Of a stretch of 64,000 nt of DNA, positions 21,848 through 35,199 are shown in pieces (position 1 is the stretch's first letter; each line of letters begins with the position of its first letter). This DNA comes from Haliotis rufescens (Eukaryota). The notes under the pieces were generated by a model, which was not told the DNA's origin, made no database searches, and worked only from the letters and a program-made list of their open reading frames with translations. The translations under genes and the position numbers were made by a program. The stretch lies in contig NW_025964112.1 in the NCBI RefSeq assembly GCF_023055435.1, forward strand, positions 54,622,001 through 54,686,000, in the 5' to 3' direction.

Positions 21848-24800
21848 AATTCCACCCAGAAGTAACCCAGAATGCACATTTCCGACAAGGAACAAACTGA
21901 TGAAAGCTATGCGTGGGAAGATGAAGCTGTTTGTATTGCCTTGTAGTCTGTAGATGAAGGGAGATAACTCCTAGCAAAAGGGAGATAACTCACCTTAGTT
22001 TTGTGCAAGGGAGAAAATCCCTGTCAAAATACAGGGAGTGGCAAGATGTATTTCGAAAAACGTCAATAATTGCATAATTTTATGTTACTTTGCCACCTGT
22101 ACTTGTCATTGAAATAACTGGTCTTTGTTAAGGATGTTGCAGGACATGAATGACTAATTGGCTGTGTAATTAACCAATTGCTCTTTGTAGTGTGCTAATA
22201 CATGTATAACACAGGCCTTGATACACTCAGAAAAACTGTATCATTGCCAGAATGTTACTTTGAATGTAAATGTTTAGATAACCAGAGCAAGTACATGTCT
22301 TTGCTGAATTTTGTTATACCAGTTTGGTTTGTCGTTCAGAAAACCAGTATGAATATGAAGCTTTATTTCAGCGACTCAGTGCTAATTAATAGATGATTCC
22401 GCCAGCTCATCCGGCTGTCTTCAGCATCTGTCTGCCGCATATGAATGCTACTCTAGTATATATATGATACAATTGTGTATATTTGCTGCATGCATGATCA
22501 GTGTTGAAAGCAATGTTCCGTGAGGGTAGACACGTCCTCAGATTACAACTGTCTCTCGTGTATGTGTGCATGCCAATTCCAGCATAAGGCTATTGTCATG
22601 ATGTGTAATCAAAAGCCTTAAGCCTCAGTCATTTGCTTTATGTATAACCTCACCATAAGATTGTATGATATTGACTTAAGGATATTTCCATCCCATTACC
22701 ACTATTTATTCCATCATGAAGCTTGTAGTCTATAGAGATATATCGAGGTTGCCATCCACTGATCTGATATTCCCAACACTGCTTTACATTATTACATATT
22801 TCAAATAAATAATAAAAAAACAGACTTTGTTCCAAAGATCCATTTATATGTGGAAGATAGCTAATTTTGAAGAAAAGGCTAAAAAAAAGTTGTTGGCCAA
22901 TATCATTAGAAGGTAGACAGTGTACCTGTGATCTTTGTAATTTATGAACTGTGTAACAATTTAAGTTAATGGTTTTATGTTAGGATTATTATTGTTAGTG
23001 TTAATGTTAATTATTCCTGCACCTGTTACTTTGTATGCCACATACACAAATTCCTCTGTATGTAGTCTACGATGCACAATTTGTATGTCAGTAAATGTTA
23101 TGGGTAACATAGGAACACTACATTAAGAAATAAACTATTTTCCATCTTCCTTTTTTGTAACAAAAGTACTTTAATTTCTTTTGTTATATTTATAAAAATG
23201 GTGAATTTTATTACAATTTTCCCTTTTTACCACCATCTCTACAGTAATTTTCAGTCACTGTACAGCTATCAATTAATTACGAGCAACTGAACAAAAGTGT
23301 ATTTTTTTCTACCTCTGTTATGTTTATGCACCCTTGCCAATTTGAAGTATGAAGTAAATGGTCATGTAGCCATGTGTATGTATATTTTCCAGGTGCCTCA
23401 ATCACTCCTACCTGAGCACTGTGTTATGCACTGGTCATGGTAGGCCCTAAGAGTTGGTGAGCGGGTTGTCAGCAGGATTTTCAATGAAATCATAATTCCA
23501 GGGTTAATGAAATACTGCATGGGAAAGGTATCTAAAACATATGGTAGATATATCTCAAAAACTTCTTGAATGGAATGCTCCAAGAAAAAACAAACTGACA
23601 TCACTGGAATCAATTGAGAACTAATCATCTTATTGTAATTGTATGTGCTTGTTTGGCATGCCATGATTCTTCTAAAAGATTTCATTTATTCAACGTTTTA
23701 TGATCGCATAATGTTTCCTTTCCTTGATGTTTTAGTGGACTTACTTATGATGGTAGATACAATGCTTTGAACCACTGCAGATAATAGTAAATAGTGCTTC
23801 TTGTTATTTTAGAGAACTACAATTTTACACTTTAAAACCTTTTAGTATGATACTCTTTTTAGAGATGACTTTTAACTCTTTTGAGCTGTGCAGACATTTT
23901 GTTTGAAGTTTCTATTTTCTTTTCCATTCCTCAAACTTTGGTTTACGGGTTTGAGTTTTTGCTCACAGTATCTGCTTCGCCGTCACAGAATACATAACAT
24001 ACTCCATTCTATCCTTCATGTTCTGCACAAAGGAAGCTAATGCCTTCATTGTCAAAGCCACAGTCATCTCGTTCTGTGGCAGCTGAAAGTAGTTGGTAGG
24101 CAAGCTGTAGCAAATATGCCTGAAATCGTAATGTAACAGTATGAAATGTTGATTTAATAGAAATAAGTTACAGTCTTTCTTCTCTTATTTTTATTGCAAG
24201 TTCGCACCATAATGTGACCCAAATACCAATATTATTGTTTTCTTACCCTATAGGCCTCAATCGCAAAAGGACAACTTTTTTCCAAGTACCATAAACTGTT
24301 AAAAGAGGATGTAAACATAGTAATCCTTTTTCATGATAGAGTTATCTAATGGAAACAATGAATATAACATAAGTGTATTGATAAGTGTGTACACTGAGTT
24401 TTTTATATTTCAATAATTTATGACAAAGTGAAGGAAAATTAGGCATCTTCCTATCAACATTGCATCAACATGCATGTTTAGTAATGCCATTAGTCTTTTG
24501 TATGTCCTTTTCATAACAAATTTCTTTCAAAGTTGCTATTGAGGTAAATGTTTGACATCTTTGTATACCTATACGTCAACAGGTGTTTGTATGTCATCCA
24601 ACTACTGTTTACAGGAATAATGCAGTCTTCCTATGTCATGAGATCAAACCATCTCCAGGTCTCAATATGTTCATGAATATGTTCATAATCTTCAGATCAA
24701 TGCTCTGTTGAGAGACAAATAATGTTCAAAGTGACTTTAGGCCAACTTTATTTACTCACTCTCTTTGAGAGATAAATCAGCATTGTTACATATTGCATAA

Positions 24801-25131
24801 TACTAAAACACCATAATATATTATAACTTTAATTATTTATATTTCAAACCTACAGAGATGTCAGTGCTCAGATATTTTATCATTTCAGGTTATTGTTCTG
24901 TAAACGTTCTCATTCTCTCATTAAGCATCAGTTGTCATGTGTCCTGGCTCTTCAGAATCTAGATTAAGGCTTAGTGTCTTGACAGAGTTACCTCCCCTTT
25001 CCGCTCTGTGATTGGCTGACTATAACCACCCGTTGTGTTGTCCTTGACCTTGTGCTACATGTGTGGTCAGTGTGATGCAAGATGTACACATCCAGCACCC
25101 CTGCATGGGTGCAGCTGTAGCTACACTGGCC

Positions 25132-25180
25132 AATAAACATCATTCTTATCATGCCATGTTGTGTTGTCATTACCGCGAGT
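25132..25180 (+). terminator. Candidate distal polyadenylation site of the tau-family gene
   Basis: AATAAA at 25132-25137 followed by GU-rich TGTTGTGTTGTC. It ends a ~3.3-kb SINE-free, CpG-poor stretch after the stop codon; other AATAAA motifs exist near 22804 and 23129. Confidence 0.4.
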
Positions 25181-25294
25181 CCTAGGGTTGTCTCCCCCTT
25201 TGGGATTCTGGGATAGAATTGGTGCAAATAATCTATACTTGACATAAGTTTGTATTTTGTTATGCTGCAATCAGCAATATTCCAGCAAAATGAA

Positions 25295-25443
25295 GGGACG
25301 GTCGGATAGCTCTTCACGCAAAAGACCCGGGCTCGATTCCCGACATTGGTACAATGTGTGAAGCCCTTTCCTGGTGTCCCCCGCCGTGATAATCCTGGAA
25401 TATTGCTAAAAGCGGCGTAAAACCATACTCACTCACTCACTCA
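25295..25443 (+). mobile_element. SINE family B, internally deleted
   Basis: Matches 48931-49088 (AAGACCCGGGCTCGATTCCCGACAT...GCGGCGTAAAACCATACTCACTCAC). Confidence 0.8.
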
Positions 25444-25532
25444 AGCAAAATCACAGCGGTCTGTAAATGATCGAATCTGGGACCAGACTTTTCGATGATT
25501 TACATCATGGGCATCGATCTACCAATTAGGTA

Positions 25533-25802
25533 GGTTGGTTGGTTGGTTTGTTGTTTAACGCCGCAGTCAGCAATATTCCAGCTATATGACGTTGGTCTGT
25601 AGATAATCGAGTCTGGACCAGACAATCCAGTGATCGACATCATGAGCATCGATCCACGCAATTGGGATCTATGACATGCATCAACCAAGTCAGCGAATCT
25701 GACCACCCGATCCCGTTAGTCGCCTCTTACGACAAGCATAGTCGCCTTTTACGGCAAAGCATGGGTTGCTGAAGACCTATTCTACACTGAATCTTCAGGG
25801 GT
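25533..25802 (-). mobile_element. Family D retroposon (no tRNA head; structured 5' end; (CAAC/CAAA)n tail)
   Basis: Reverse complement of the element at 36022-36345. Confidence 0.85.
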
Positions 25803-26218
25803 ACCTTGATAGTAGACTGAACTTGAAGGGATCGGTGGTCAAGGTCATTGCTCATAATATCAGTCACTGGTTTGTCTGTTCTAGACTTGATTGATACTGA
25901 CTGCTGTGATATGGCCAGAACATTGCTGAAGTGTTGCCTTACTGCATTCTCCAACAGGCCGGAGTTCTGTATTTGACAATTGTGAAGGTCAGAAGACTGT
26001 GGTCAAGTGACAGTCCTGGCATGTTTGTCATTCAATCCGCAGGAATCTGAAGTCTTGATCAGACGTCCAAGGGACGCGACTAAGTACAATGGATTCTGCC
26101 TTAGATGACTGTGCCGCTAGGGTAGTTGCCGACACACCAAGGGTCATTACGTGGGGTAGGACCCGTGAAGATCCGGTGTAGAATAGGTCTTCAGCAACCC
26201 ATGCGACTATGCTTGTCG

Positions 26219-26410
26219 TCTATTTATTTCGGACAAGCCTTTGACCCGGCGTAAATTAGAGGCCCGGCGTCTATTGGAGGCCCGTCTTCTATTAATACCC
26301 CCATTTCACTATGACCACGAATGTCCCGAATCGTCACGAAATGGACTTCTATTTATTTCGGACAAGCCTTTGACCCTGCGTCAATTAGAGGCCCGGCTTC
26401 TATTTTTTTG
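26219..26410. repeat. Direct duplication of ~55 bp with GAGGCCCGGC(G/T)TCTATT subrepeats; probable DNA-transposon fragment adjoining a family D head (26160-26219)
   Basis: CTATTTATTTCGGACAAGCCTTTGACCC...AATTAGAGGCCCGGC occurs twice. Confidence 0.55.
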
Positions 26411-26566
26411 CACTGAACGTCGCCTGCTGAAAAACATTTGTGTTTGTAGGAGGTACCAATGAGCATATAGGGCAAAATTTGAAGAAGCGTCTGTAAAATG
26501 TATATTTAACTTAACGTATCATTGTCATAGACATTTTAACTAAATGCTTGGAACAAAACAAGACCA

Positions 26567-26567
<1 letters not shown>

Positions 26568-26632
<65 letters not shown>
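26568..26632. repeat. (TA)n microsatellite
   Basis: Directly visible. Confidence 0.95.
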
Positions 26633-26634
<2 letters not shown>

Positions 26635-28062
26635 GGACACTTAGTTTTAGATTTCTGAAATATTCGTAAATGAAAACATCGTACGATCCTACGATCATAA
26701 ACGAACGATCGTTAAAAGCTTTCATCATTAAAGAATTATTTTCGCAATTCAAGTTTGTCTCCATTAATGGAAGTGAAATCTAAGAAACCGGGTCACTACT
26801 TACAACATTAAGCCTCGCTCAGTGATTCAGTACGATAATTACATACCTCAGAAGGCTGACGATGAACATTTACTTACTTAATGTAAATGCATGTCTAACC
26901 AACTACTTTACATTAACATAATTATTTAATGGTTAGAATATGTGGTTCAAAACCTACAGCGCAGGCAACATTTTTTCAGAGAAATATCGCATTAGAATGA
27001 AACGCACGTAAAATCACTAACGGTCCTGCAGGGACCCCCAGCACGATAGTAATTGACCTCAATTTCAGAGTAATCATTGATACCTCATTTCTTGCCAATT
27101 CCAACACTATCAAGACAGTCCCCCAAGGGTTTGCCTCATTCAACCTGGCAAATCAAATTTTGTAGAATGTTAATGCATTTAAAGGGTTGTCATAAAAAGA
27201 GCAACGCGCACTATCAGTCTACGTGGCTGCTGTGGAAATTGTCTTCCAATATAAGCGTCGCGGTGTATCTGTAACTTGTTTTATGTAATCAGTGTCAGAA
27301 AAATGGATAATGAGTGATTCGTCCAAAACTTTAAAAAACGTTAAAGCTCTGAAAACAAAATCTCGTATATAAATACGACGAGATGATTGTAATTGTAATT
27401 CTACGTTCATTGGTGATTTCAAAACTGAAAACACATTTCAGATGTTCTTAACTCTGGTTAAACAAGTTAATTTGAGTTCAATGCTGAACTATTATGGTAA
27501 GGCGATGCAAATATCTGTTTTGTATCTGATATGTATTTTCTCTGTTGGTTGATTCTGATGGCGATAGTGTGTAGTGGAAGAAGATTCAGAAGACGGCAAC
27601 CTTTCGTGTGATGCCGACCCTTGATTATTCAATGTATTATTTCTCCATTATATATTCGTATTCACGGGGCTGGGATTTTGTATCGACATTAGATTTTTTT
27701 TCAGCTAGAGCTGCAGAACCAGATATATTTTGTATTTAAGGCTATGAGGCTGATTTTTAAAAAGAAAAGCACCTAGCAATAGTAATACTTGTGGCAGGCA
27801 TTTTTTAAAGGCCTGAAGCATCTTGTTTCTCAACAAATTGCAGGGACAATTTCTTTTTCGATAAAATACCAGCCCCCTCTCCCCACCCACCCTTCCAGAA
27901 TGGTCGGTCCCTTACAATGCATTCTAGAGGAGGGTTGTTGTGGCCAGAATTTTAAATATTGCCACGATGTTGTATCGTCACTTACAGACGTAAAGATTTA
28001 GGGATGCAACTTACCTGACCCACATTCGAATCTCGAGTACGACACATTTACCTCATTCATCA

Positions 28063-28340
28063 GGGGGGCACGGGTGGCCCAGTCGTCTAAGGCGCCGCGA
28101 TTCGCTGTGCAGAGTTGCGTCCCTCGGGCACGCCAGAAACCTATGATTGTGGGTTCGAATCCCGGTTCGCCCCGATTATGTTTCTCGGTTTGTCAGCAAC
28201 ATACCCGTGCTCGTGGCTTTCACCGAAGTGGTAAACGTCTGAGACCTGCATCATTTCGGGCTTTCCTCCCACATCAATCTGACACGCCGTGATATAACTG
28301 TAATACTGTTAAAAGCAACGTTAAACCCAACTCACTCACT
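28063..28340 (+). mobile_element. SINE family A, full length, CpG-intact
   Basis: Head GGGGGCACGGGTGGCCCAGTCGTCTAAGGCGCCG...GGTTCGAATCCCGG; (CACT)n tail. Confidence 0.92.
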
Positions 28341-29254
28341 CATCATCACCATGGTGGAACACGTGTTCCTATTGAAGTCCAAATTATGTTGTGTCTGCGG
28401 TTTGCCAGAAACCTACTACACTTAACTATGATACACAGAAAGCACCACAATACTGCACAGTGAGGGAGTTGTGGTTCTCTAGTAATATATCAGCCATTAT
28501 CGACAAGAACGTAGAACACCTAACAGAGATACACCATCAACATAACATATGCATTATCTGAAACATGCAACCAAATAGCAAACAAACAGGTTCCATTACG
28601 TTACAGCAGGAAATCTGTAAAAACTAATAATCTGGAATAGACAAACCAGGTGTTGATAGTTTAAATTCAACACGTCAAAGTCAGAGTCAGAGAATAATCA
28701 GTCTCGATTATCTGAGATTCCATTCGGCATAAGGGCGAAATAGTGATGCAAATAATGTGAATGGATCACGGAAAATCAGTGATTACACGAGGCGTTCGCG
28801 ACATGGGTAAGCATGTCCCGCTCTTCAGGTAGCACCCGCCACTCAAACAATTTGCATTACAAAGTAACTGTTTGTAGACGGTATGTCAAGTTTGAATTAC
28901 TTTTTCTGCGAGTAAAACTTAGGAGATATGTACGTTTTGCAACACAGTGGGGGCAGATTTATTGTCTCTGCACAAATAGTTTACAGCATCGTTCCAATCG
29001 TCACTGTCTGCCTGGTCCAATCGTCAATGGGGGCCTTTCAATACCACCACACTGAACCTTTATTGTGTCCAACGTATCCTCATACAAGTTCTAGACTATG
29101 AACGCGGGTATTGGGGCTCCAGTTAAGAAAGAAGGATAAAGACAATATTGTTGTTTTCAAGCGAGACCAATTACAACGATAAACAACATTATGTTAAAAG
29201 AAAGTAAGCTGATGATGCTGGGAAACACAAATCGCACCATGATGCAAACGTTGT

Positions 29255-29482
29255 ATGCTGTAAGAGGCGACCATGCTTGTCGTAAGAGACTAACGGGATC
29301 GGGTGGTCAGGCTGGCTGACTTGGCTGATGCATGTCATTGTATTCCAATTGCGTAGATCTATGCTCATGATATCAATCACTGGATTGTCTGGTCCAGACT
29401 CGATAATTTACAAACCGCCGGCATATAGCTGGAATATTGCTGAACGCGGCGTTCAACAACAAACAAACAAACAAACAAACAA
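29255..29482 (+). mobile_element. Family D retroposon, 5'-truncated
   Basis: TAAGAGGCGAC...GCTGGAATATTGCTGAACGCGGCGTTCAACAAC(AAAC)n. Confidence 0.8.
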
Positions 29483-29674
29483 AGCAAATGTTGTAATACG
29501 AAAGAATAATCATTTGGCGAGATATAAACAATGATCAACTCCCTATTGACCAACAAGTGTCAACATCAGACATCCCACACAGCACTAGGGGTAAACTGGG
29601 CGATGTCACAGTTACACTCAGGACGACAGGTGACTTAACATGATCATTACTGTCACTAAATGAAGGTCAGTGCT

Positions 29675-30600
29675 TCATCGAGGCTTGGGACGGTGTATGA
29701 TGTCCTGGTCAAGATGATCCCAGAGATAATCAGTGGGTGACATATCTGTTGCAATGCGATCCCGGTTCGTCCCGATTATGTATCTAGGTTTGTCAGCACC
29801 ATACCCGTGCTCGTGGGTGTCACTGAAGTGGTAAACGTCTGAGACCTGCATCACTTCGAGCTTTCCTCTCACATTCAGCTGATATCAAGCCGTGATATAA
29901 CTGTAATACTGTTAAAAGCGGCGTTAAACCAACTCACTCGCTGTTGCAATGTGGGGCATGGCAGACCATTGAGGTTGTTTGTGGCCAGAAACTGTTGTAA
30001 AGCACGAGCAGTGTGAGGTCTTCCATTGTGGTGCTGATACAAGAGCCCGGAGTTTCGCTGAAATAACGGTAACACGAGGGGGCGTACCACGAGGCCAATG
30101 TAACGCTGGGCATTAAGATTTCCATTAATGACAACCAGTTCTGTCCTCTGTCGGTCACATATCCCACCCCAAACCACAACACAACAACCGCCTAACCGTA
30201 CATTCTCCTGACTACAACAAGGAGCCGTTCTCTCCCCTACACGTCGGCTCTGAACTTCCGCCACCTGTCTCATCAGAAAATAACACTCGTTCTCAGCTAC
30301 GACATTGTGAACGTTGAACTTGGCGTGCCAAACGTAAACGCCGAAGCCGACGTTGCCTCGTCAACGTCATTTCTCTGAAAGGTCGATTGGCCCTGATACC
30401 ATGCTCTTGACGTCAGCGACGTATGGTGTGACGACTGATGACACGCCATAGCGCAGTCAGCGCAGGTGACGTCACAGTGAAGTGCTCCCAAATGGCGGTT
30501 GTGTCTTCCACTTTGTGGCCTGTCTGCATCCTGTAACGCAGTATCAACTTGATGATCGTCGTACAGCGCATGATTCTTGCGACGTGTGCGTCAATGAAAT
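29675..30600 (-). pseudogene. Decayed Tc1/mariner (DD34E-type) transposase, interrupted by a SINE
   Basis: Translated fragments VVVWGGICDRQRTELVVINGNLNAQRY, YQHHNGRPHTARALQQFL and DMSPTDYLWDHL match the Tc1 motifs VWG.I, FQQDNARPHTA and SPDLNPIEHLW. 5' boundary approximate. Confidence 0.85.
29757..29940 (+). mobile_element. SINE family A, 5'-truncated, inserted in the Tc1 transposase
   Basis: 11-bp TSD CTGTTGCAATG (29746-29756 / 29941-29951). Confidence 0.9.
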
Positions 30601-30879
30601 CCGTAACAAATACATGGCAATTGAATAACCATTTCTTGCTTGTTTCATGTTTAGCCACTATCAAACATGGGAGTGTACTTTCTTTTGCCCGGCTCGGCAA
30701 GAGTTCCATTTTGGTTGCTTAATGGATCGTTTAATACAGCTTCGCATGCACTCTCAAACCCAAGACTATGTCTCGGGTCAACCAGCTCCCAGGAGTATGT
30801 GAGAGCAGCGCTGTTGCACATTTGTGCAAATGTCAACCGTTAAACGGTACAAGTAGTGTTGATAGTTGTCTGTGTCGCA

Positions 30880-33480
30880 TTGGCTTATCAACTGTATACT
30901 AAATGTTGACGATGACTGTATACGTATGGCATTTACTTATGAACTGTATACTAAGTGATGACGATGACTGTGTGGCACTGACTTATCAACTGTTTACTAA
31001 TTGGTGACGATGACTGTGTGGCACTGACTTATCAACTGTATACTTAGTGGTGACGATGAGTGTGGCATTGACTTAGCAACTGTATACTAAGTGATGACGA
31101 TGAGTGTGGCACTGACTTATCAACTGTATACTAGTGAGTGAGTATGGTTTTACGCCGCTTTTAGCAATATTCCAGCAATATCACGGCGGGGGACACCAGA
31201 AATGGGCTTCACACATTGTACCCATGTCGGTAATCGAGCCCGGGTCTTCGGCGTGACGAGCGAACGCTTTAACCACTAGGCTACCCGACCGCCCCCAACT
31301 GTATACTAAGTGATGACGATGACTGTGTGGCACTGACATCAACTGTATACTAAGTGGTGACGATGAGTGTGGCACTGACTTATCAACTGTATACTAAGTG
31401 ATGACGATGACTGTGTGGCACTGACTTATCAACTGTATACTAAGTGGTGACGATGAGTGTGGCACTGACTTATCAACTGTATACTAAGTGGTGACGATGA
31501 GTGTGCCATTGACTTATCAACTGCATACTAAGTGATGACGATGAGTGTGGCACTGACTTATCAACTGTATACTAAGTGATGACGATGACTGTGTGGCACT
31601 GACTTATCAACTGTATACTTAGTGATGACGATGAGTGTGGCACTGACTTATCAACTGTATACTAAGTGATGACGATGTGTGTGGCACTGACTTATCAACT
31701 GTATACTGAGTGATGACGATGAGTGTGGCACTGACTTATCAACTATATACTAAGTGGTGACGATGAGTGTGGCACTGACTTATCAACTGTATACTTAGTG
31801 ATGACGATGAGTGTGGCACTGACTTATCAACTGTATACTAAGTGATGACGATGACTGTGTGGCACTGACTTATCAACTGTATACTAAGTTGTGACGATGA
31901 GTGTGGCACTGACTTATCAACTGTATACTAAGTGGTGACGATGAGTGTGCCATTGACTTATCAACTGCATACTAAGTGATGACGATGAGTGTGGCACTGA
32001 CTTATCAACTGTATACTAAGTGATGACGATGAGTGTGCCATTGACTTATCAACTGTATACTAAGTGATGACGATGACTGTGTGGCACTGACATCAACTGT
32101 ATACTTAGTGATGACGATGAGTGTGGCACTGACTTATGAACTGTATACTAAGTGATGACGATGACTGTGTGGCACTGACTTATCAACTGTATACTAAGTG
32201 GTGACGATGAGTGTGGCACTGACTTATCAACTGTATACTAAGTGGTGACGATGAGTGTGCCATTGACTTATCAACTGCATACTAAGTGATGACGATGAGT
32301 GTGGCACTGACTTATGAACTGTATACTGAGTGATGACGATGACTGTGTGGCACTGACTTATCAACTGTATACTAAGTGGTGACGATGAGTGTGGCACTGA
32401 CTTATGAACTGTATACTAAGTGATGACGATGACTGTGTGGCATTGACTTATCAACTGTATACTAAGTGGTGACGATGAGTGTGGCACTGACTTATGAACT
32501 GTATACTAAGTGATGACGATGACTGTGTGGCACTGACTTATCAACTGTATACTGAGTGATGCCGATGACTGTGTGGCACTGACTTATCAACTGTATACTA
32601 AGTGGTGACGATGAGTGTGGCACTGACTTATCAACTGTATACTAAGTGGTGACGATGAGTGTGCCATTGACTTATCAACTGCATACTAAGTGATGACGAT
32701 GAGTGTGGCACTGACTTATCAACTGTATACTGAGTGATGACGATGACTGTGTGGCACTGACTTATCAACTGTATACTAAGTGGTGACGATGAGTGTGGCA
32801 CTGACTTATGAACTGTATACTAAGTGATGACGATGACTGTGTGGCATTGACTTATCAACTGTATACTAAGTGGTGACGATGAGTGTGGCACTGACTTATG
32901 AACTGTATACTAAGTGATGACGATGACTGTGTGGCACTGACTTATCAACTGTATACTGAGTGATGCCGATGACTGTGTGGCACTGACTTATCAACTGTAT
33001 ACTAAGTGATGACGATGACTGTGTGGCACTGACTTATCAACTGTATACTGAGTGATGCCGATGACTGTGTGGCACTGACTTATCAACTGTATACTAAGTG
33101 ATGACGATGACTGTGTGGCACTGACTTATGAACTGTATACTAAATGGTGACGATGACTGTGTGGCACTGACTTATCAACTGTATACTAAGTGATGACGAT
33201 TACCGTGTGGCATTGACTTATCAACTGTATACTTAGTGGTGACGATGAGTTTGGCATTGACTTATCAACTGTATACTAAGTGGTAACGATGAGTATGGCA
33301 CTGACTTATCAACTGTATACTAAGTGGTGACGATGACTGTATGGCACTGACTTATCAACTGTATACTAAGTGGTGACGATGACTGTATGGCATTGACTTA
33401 TCAACTGTATACTAAGTGGTGACGATGACTGTGGCACTGACTTATCAACTGTATACTAAATGGTGACGATGAGTGTGGCA
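30880..33480. repeat. Satellite, 44/46-bp unit (ACTGACTTATCAACTGTATACTAAGTGATGACGATGA[G/CTG]TGTGGC)
   Basis: Directly visible tandem array, >50 units. Confidence 0.95.
31134..31295 (-). mobile_element. SINE family B (tRNA-Asp-like head) inserted into the satellite
   Basis: 13-bp TSD CAACTGTATACTA (31121-31133 / 31296-31308); near-identical to 48931-49088. Confidence 0.93.
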
Positions 33481-34650
33481 TTGACTTATTCACTATTTAC
33501 TAAAAGGTTACGCTGACTCACTGTTTAGGATTGAATTATTTACTATATACTAAAAGGTTACGGTGACTGACTGTGTAGCATTGACTTATTAACTATATAC
33601 TAAAAGGTTACGGTGACTGACTGCGTAGCATTGACTTATTAACTATATTAACTATATACTAAAAGGTTACGCTGACTGACTGTGTAGCATTGACTTATTA
33701 ACTATATACTAAAAGGTTACGCTGACTGACTGTGTAGCATTGACTTATTAACATATACTAAAAGGTTACGGTGACTGACTGTGTAGCATTGACTTATTAA
33801 CTATATACTAAAAGGTTACGGTGACTGACTGTGTAGCATTGACTTATTAACTATATACTAAAAGGTTACGGTGACTGACTGTGTAGCATTGACTTATTAA
33901 CTATATACTAAAAGGTTACGGTGACTGACTGTGTAGCATTGACTTATTAACTATTTACTAAAAGGTTACGGTGACTGACTGTGTAGCATTGACTTATAAA
34001 CATATACTAAAAGGTTACGGTGACTGACTGTGTAGCATTGATTTATTAACTATATTAACTATATGCTAAAAGGTTACGGTGACTGACTGTGTAGCATTGA
34101 CTTATTAACTATATACTAAAAGGCTACGCTGACTGACTGTGTAGTATTGACTTATTAACTATATATTAAAAGGTTACGGTGACTGACTGTGTAGCATTGA
34201 CTTATTAACTAATACTAAAAGGTAACGCTGACTGACTGTGTAGCATTGACTTATTAACTATATACTAAAAGGTTACGGTGACTGACTGTGTAGCATTGAC
34301 TTATTAACTAATACTAAAAGTTTACGGTGACTGACTGTGTAGCATTGACTTATTAACTATATACTAAAAGGTTACGGTGACTGACTGTGTAGCATTGACT
34401 TATTAACTATATTAACTATATACTAAAAGGTTACGGTGACTGACTGTGTAGCATTGACTTATTAACTAATACTAAAAGGTTACGGTGACTGACTGCGTAG
34501 CATTGACTTATTAACTATATACTAAAAGGTTACGCTGACTGACTGTGTAGCATTGACTTATTAACTAATACTAAAAGGTTACGGTGACTGACTGCGTAGC
34601 ATTGACTTATTAACTATATACTAAAAGGTTACGCTGACTGACTGTGTAGT
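33481..34650. repeat. Satellite subfamily, ~50-bp unit (GCATTGACTTATTAACTATATACTAAAAGGTTACGGTGACTGACTGTGTA)
   Basis: Directly visible; homologous to the adjacent 44/46-bp unit. Confidence 0.95.
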
Positions 34651-35199
34651 TTTGATGGTGATGATGACTGAGTGGCATTGACTTATCAATTGTATACCAT
34701 TGTAGAGTGTTGACAAGTAGTCAACACTATATTAATCTTTTTCGTTTTGAGGTAGAGAAATTTTACAATATTTTATTGCTCAAATAGTTTCAACCAGACA
34801 CTGAGAAATTGTTTTTGCGATTCGGATCGTTTTTTTAAAAGAGCGTCAACATTGCCATTTTCATTGCTAATACCCTTTAAACCACACTACATCCCCTCGA
34901 CGCCAAGGTGTGTAGAAGTTTTTATCTCAAACACAAAGGTCTCAAAAGGCATTATTTCACACAGCAAAAATCTATTTTTAAATCCAGATGAAATCTAATT
35001 AGATGCTACTGACGGACAAATCTGAAGAAAACATATATAAATTATATTTTTTTACCTCGGCAATCTTCCATTCCCCAGCGCTGGCATCTTTCAGAAATCA
35101 ACAAGTCGCCGTACGGCTTGTCCCTGAACGACAAGAAATTTATTAGTCGCGAGCTTTCCTCGATTATCCAGGGTATTATATGTTCATTCGATAAAAATA

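Noticed and set aside
21959-21991. AGGGAGATAACTC twice in the 3' UTR, complementary to the intronic minisatellite at 3041-3252
   Set aside because: Only ~13 nt of complementarity 19 kb apart; more likely a common low-copy motif than functional pairing.
23309-23315. let-7 seed match CTACCTC in the putative 3' UTR (also a miR-7 match near 24625)
   Set aside because: Single 7-mers are expected by chance in ~3 kb when many seeds are considered; conservation data needed.
30880-34700. CRISPR-like regular repeats
   Set aside because: Units are contiguous with no unique spacers, there are no cas genes, and the context is eukaryotic.
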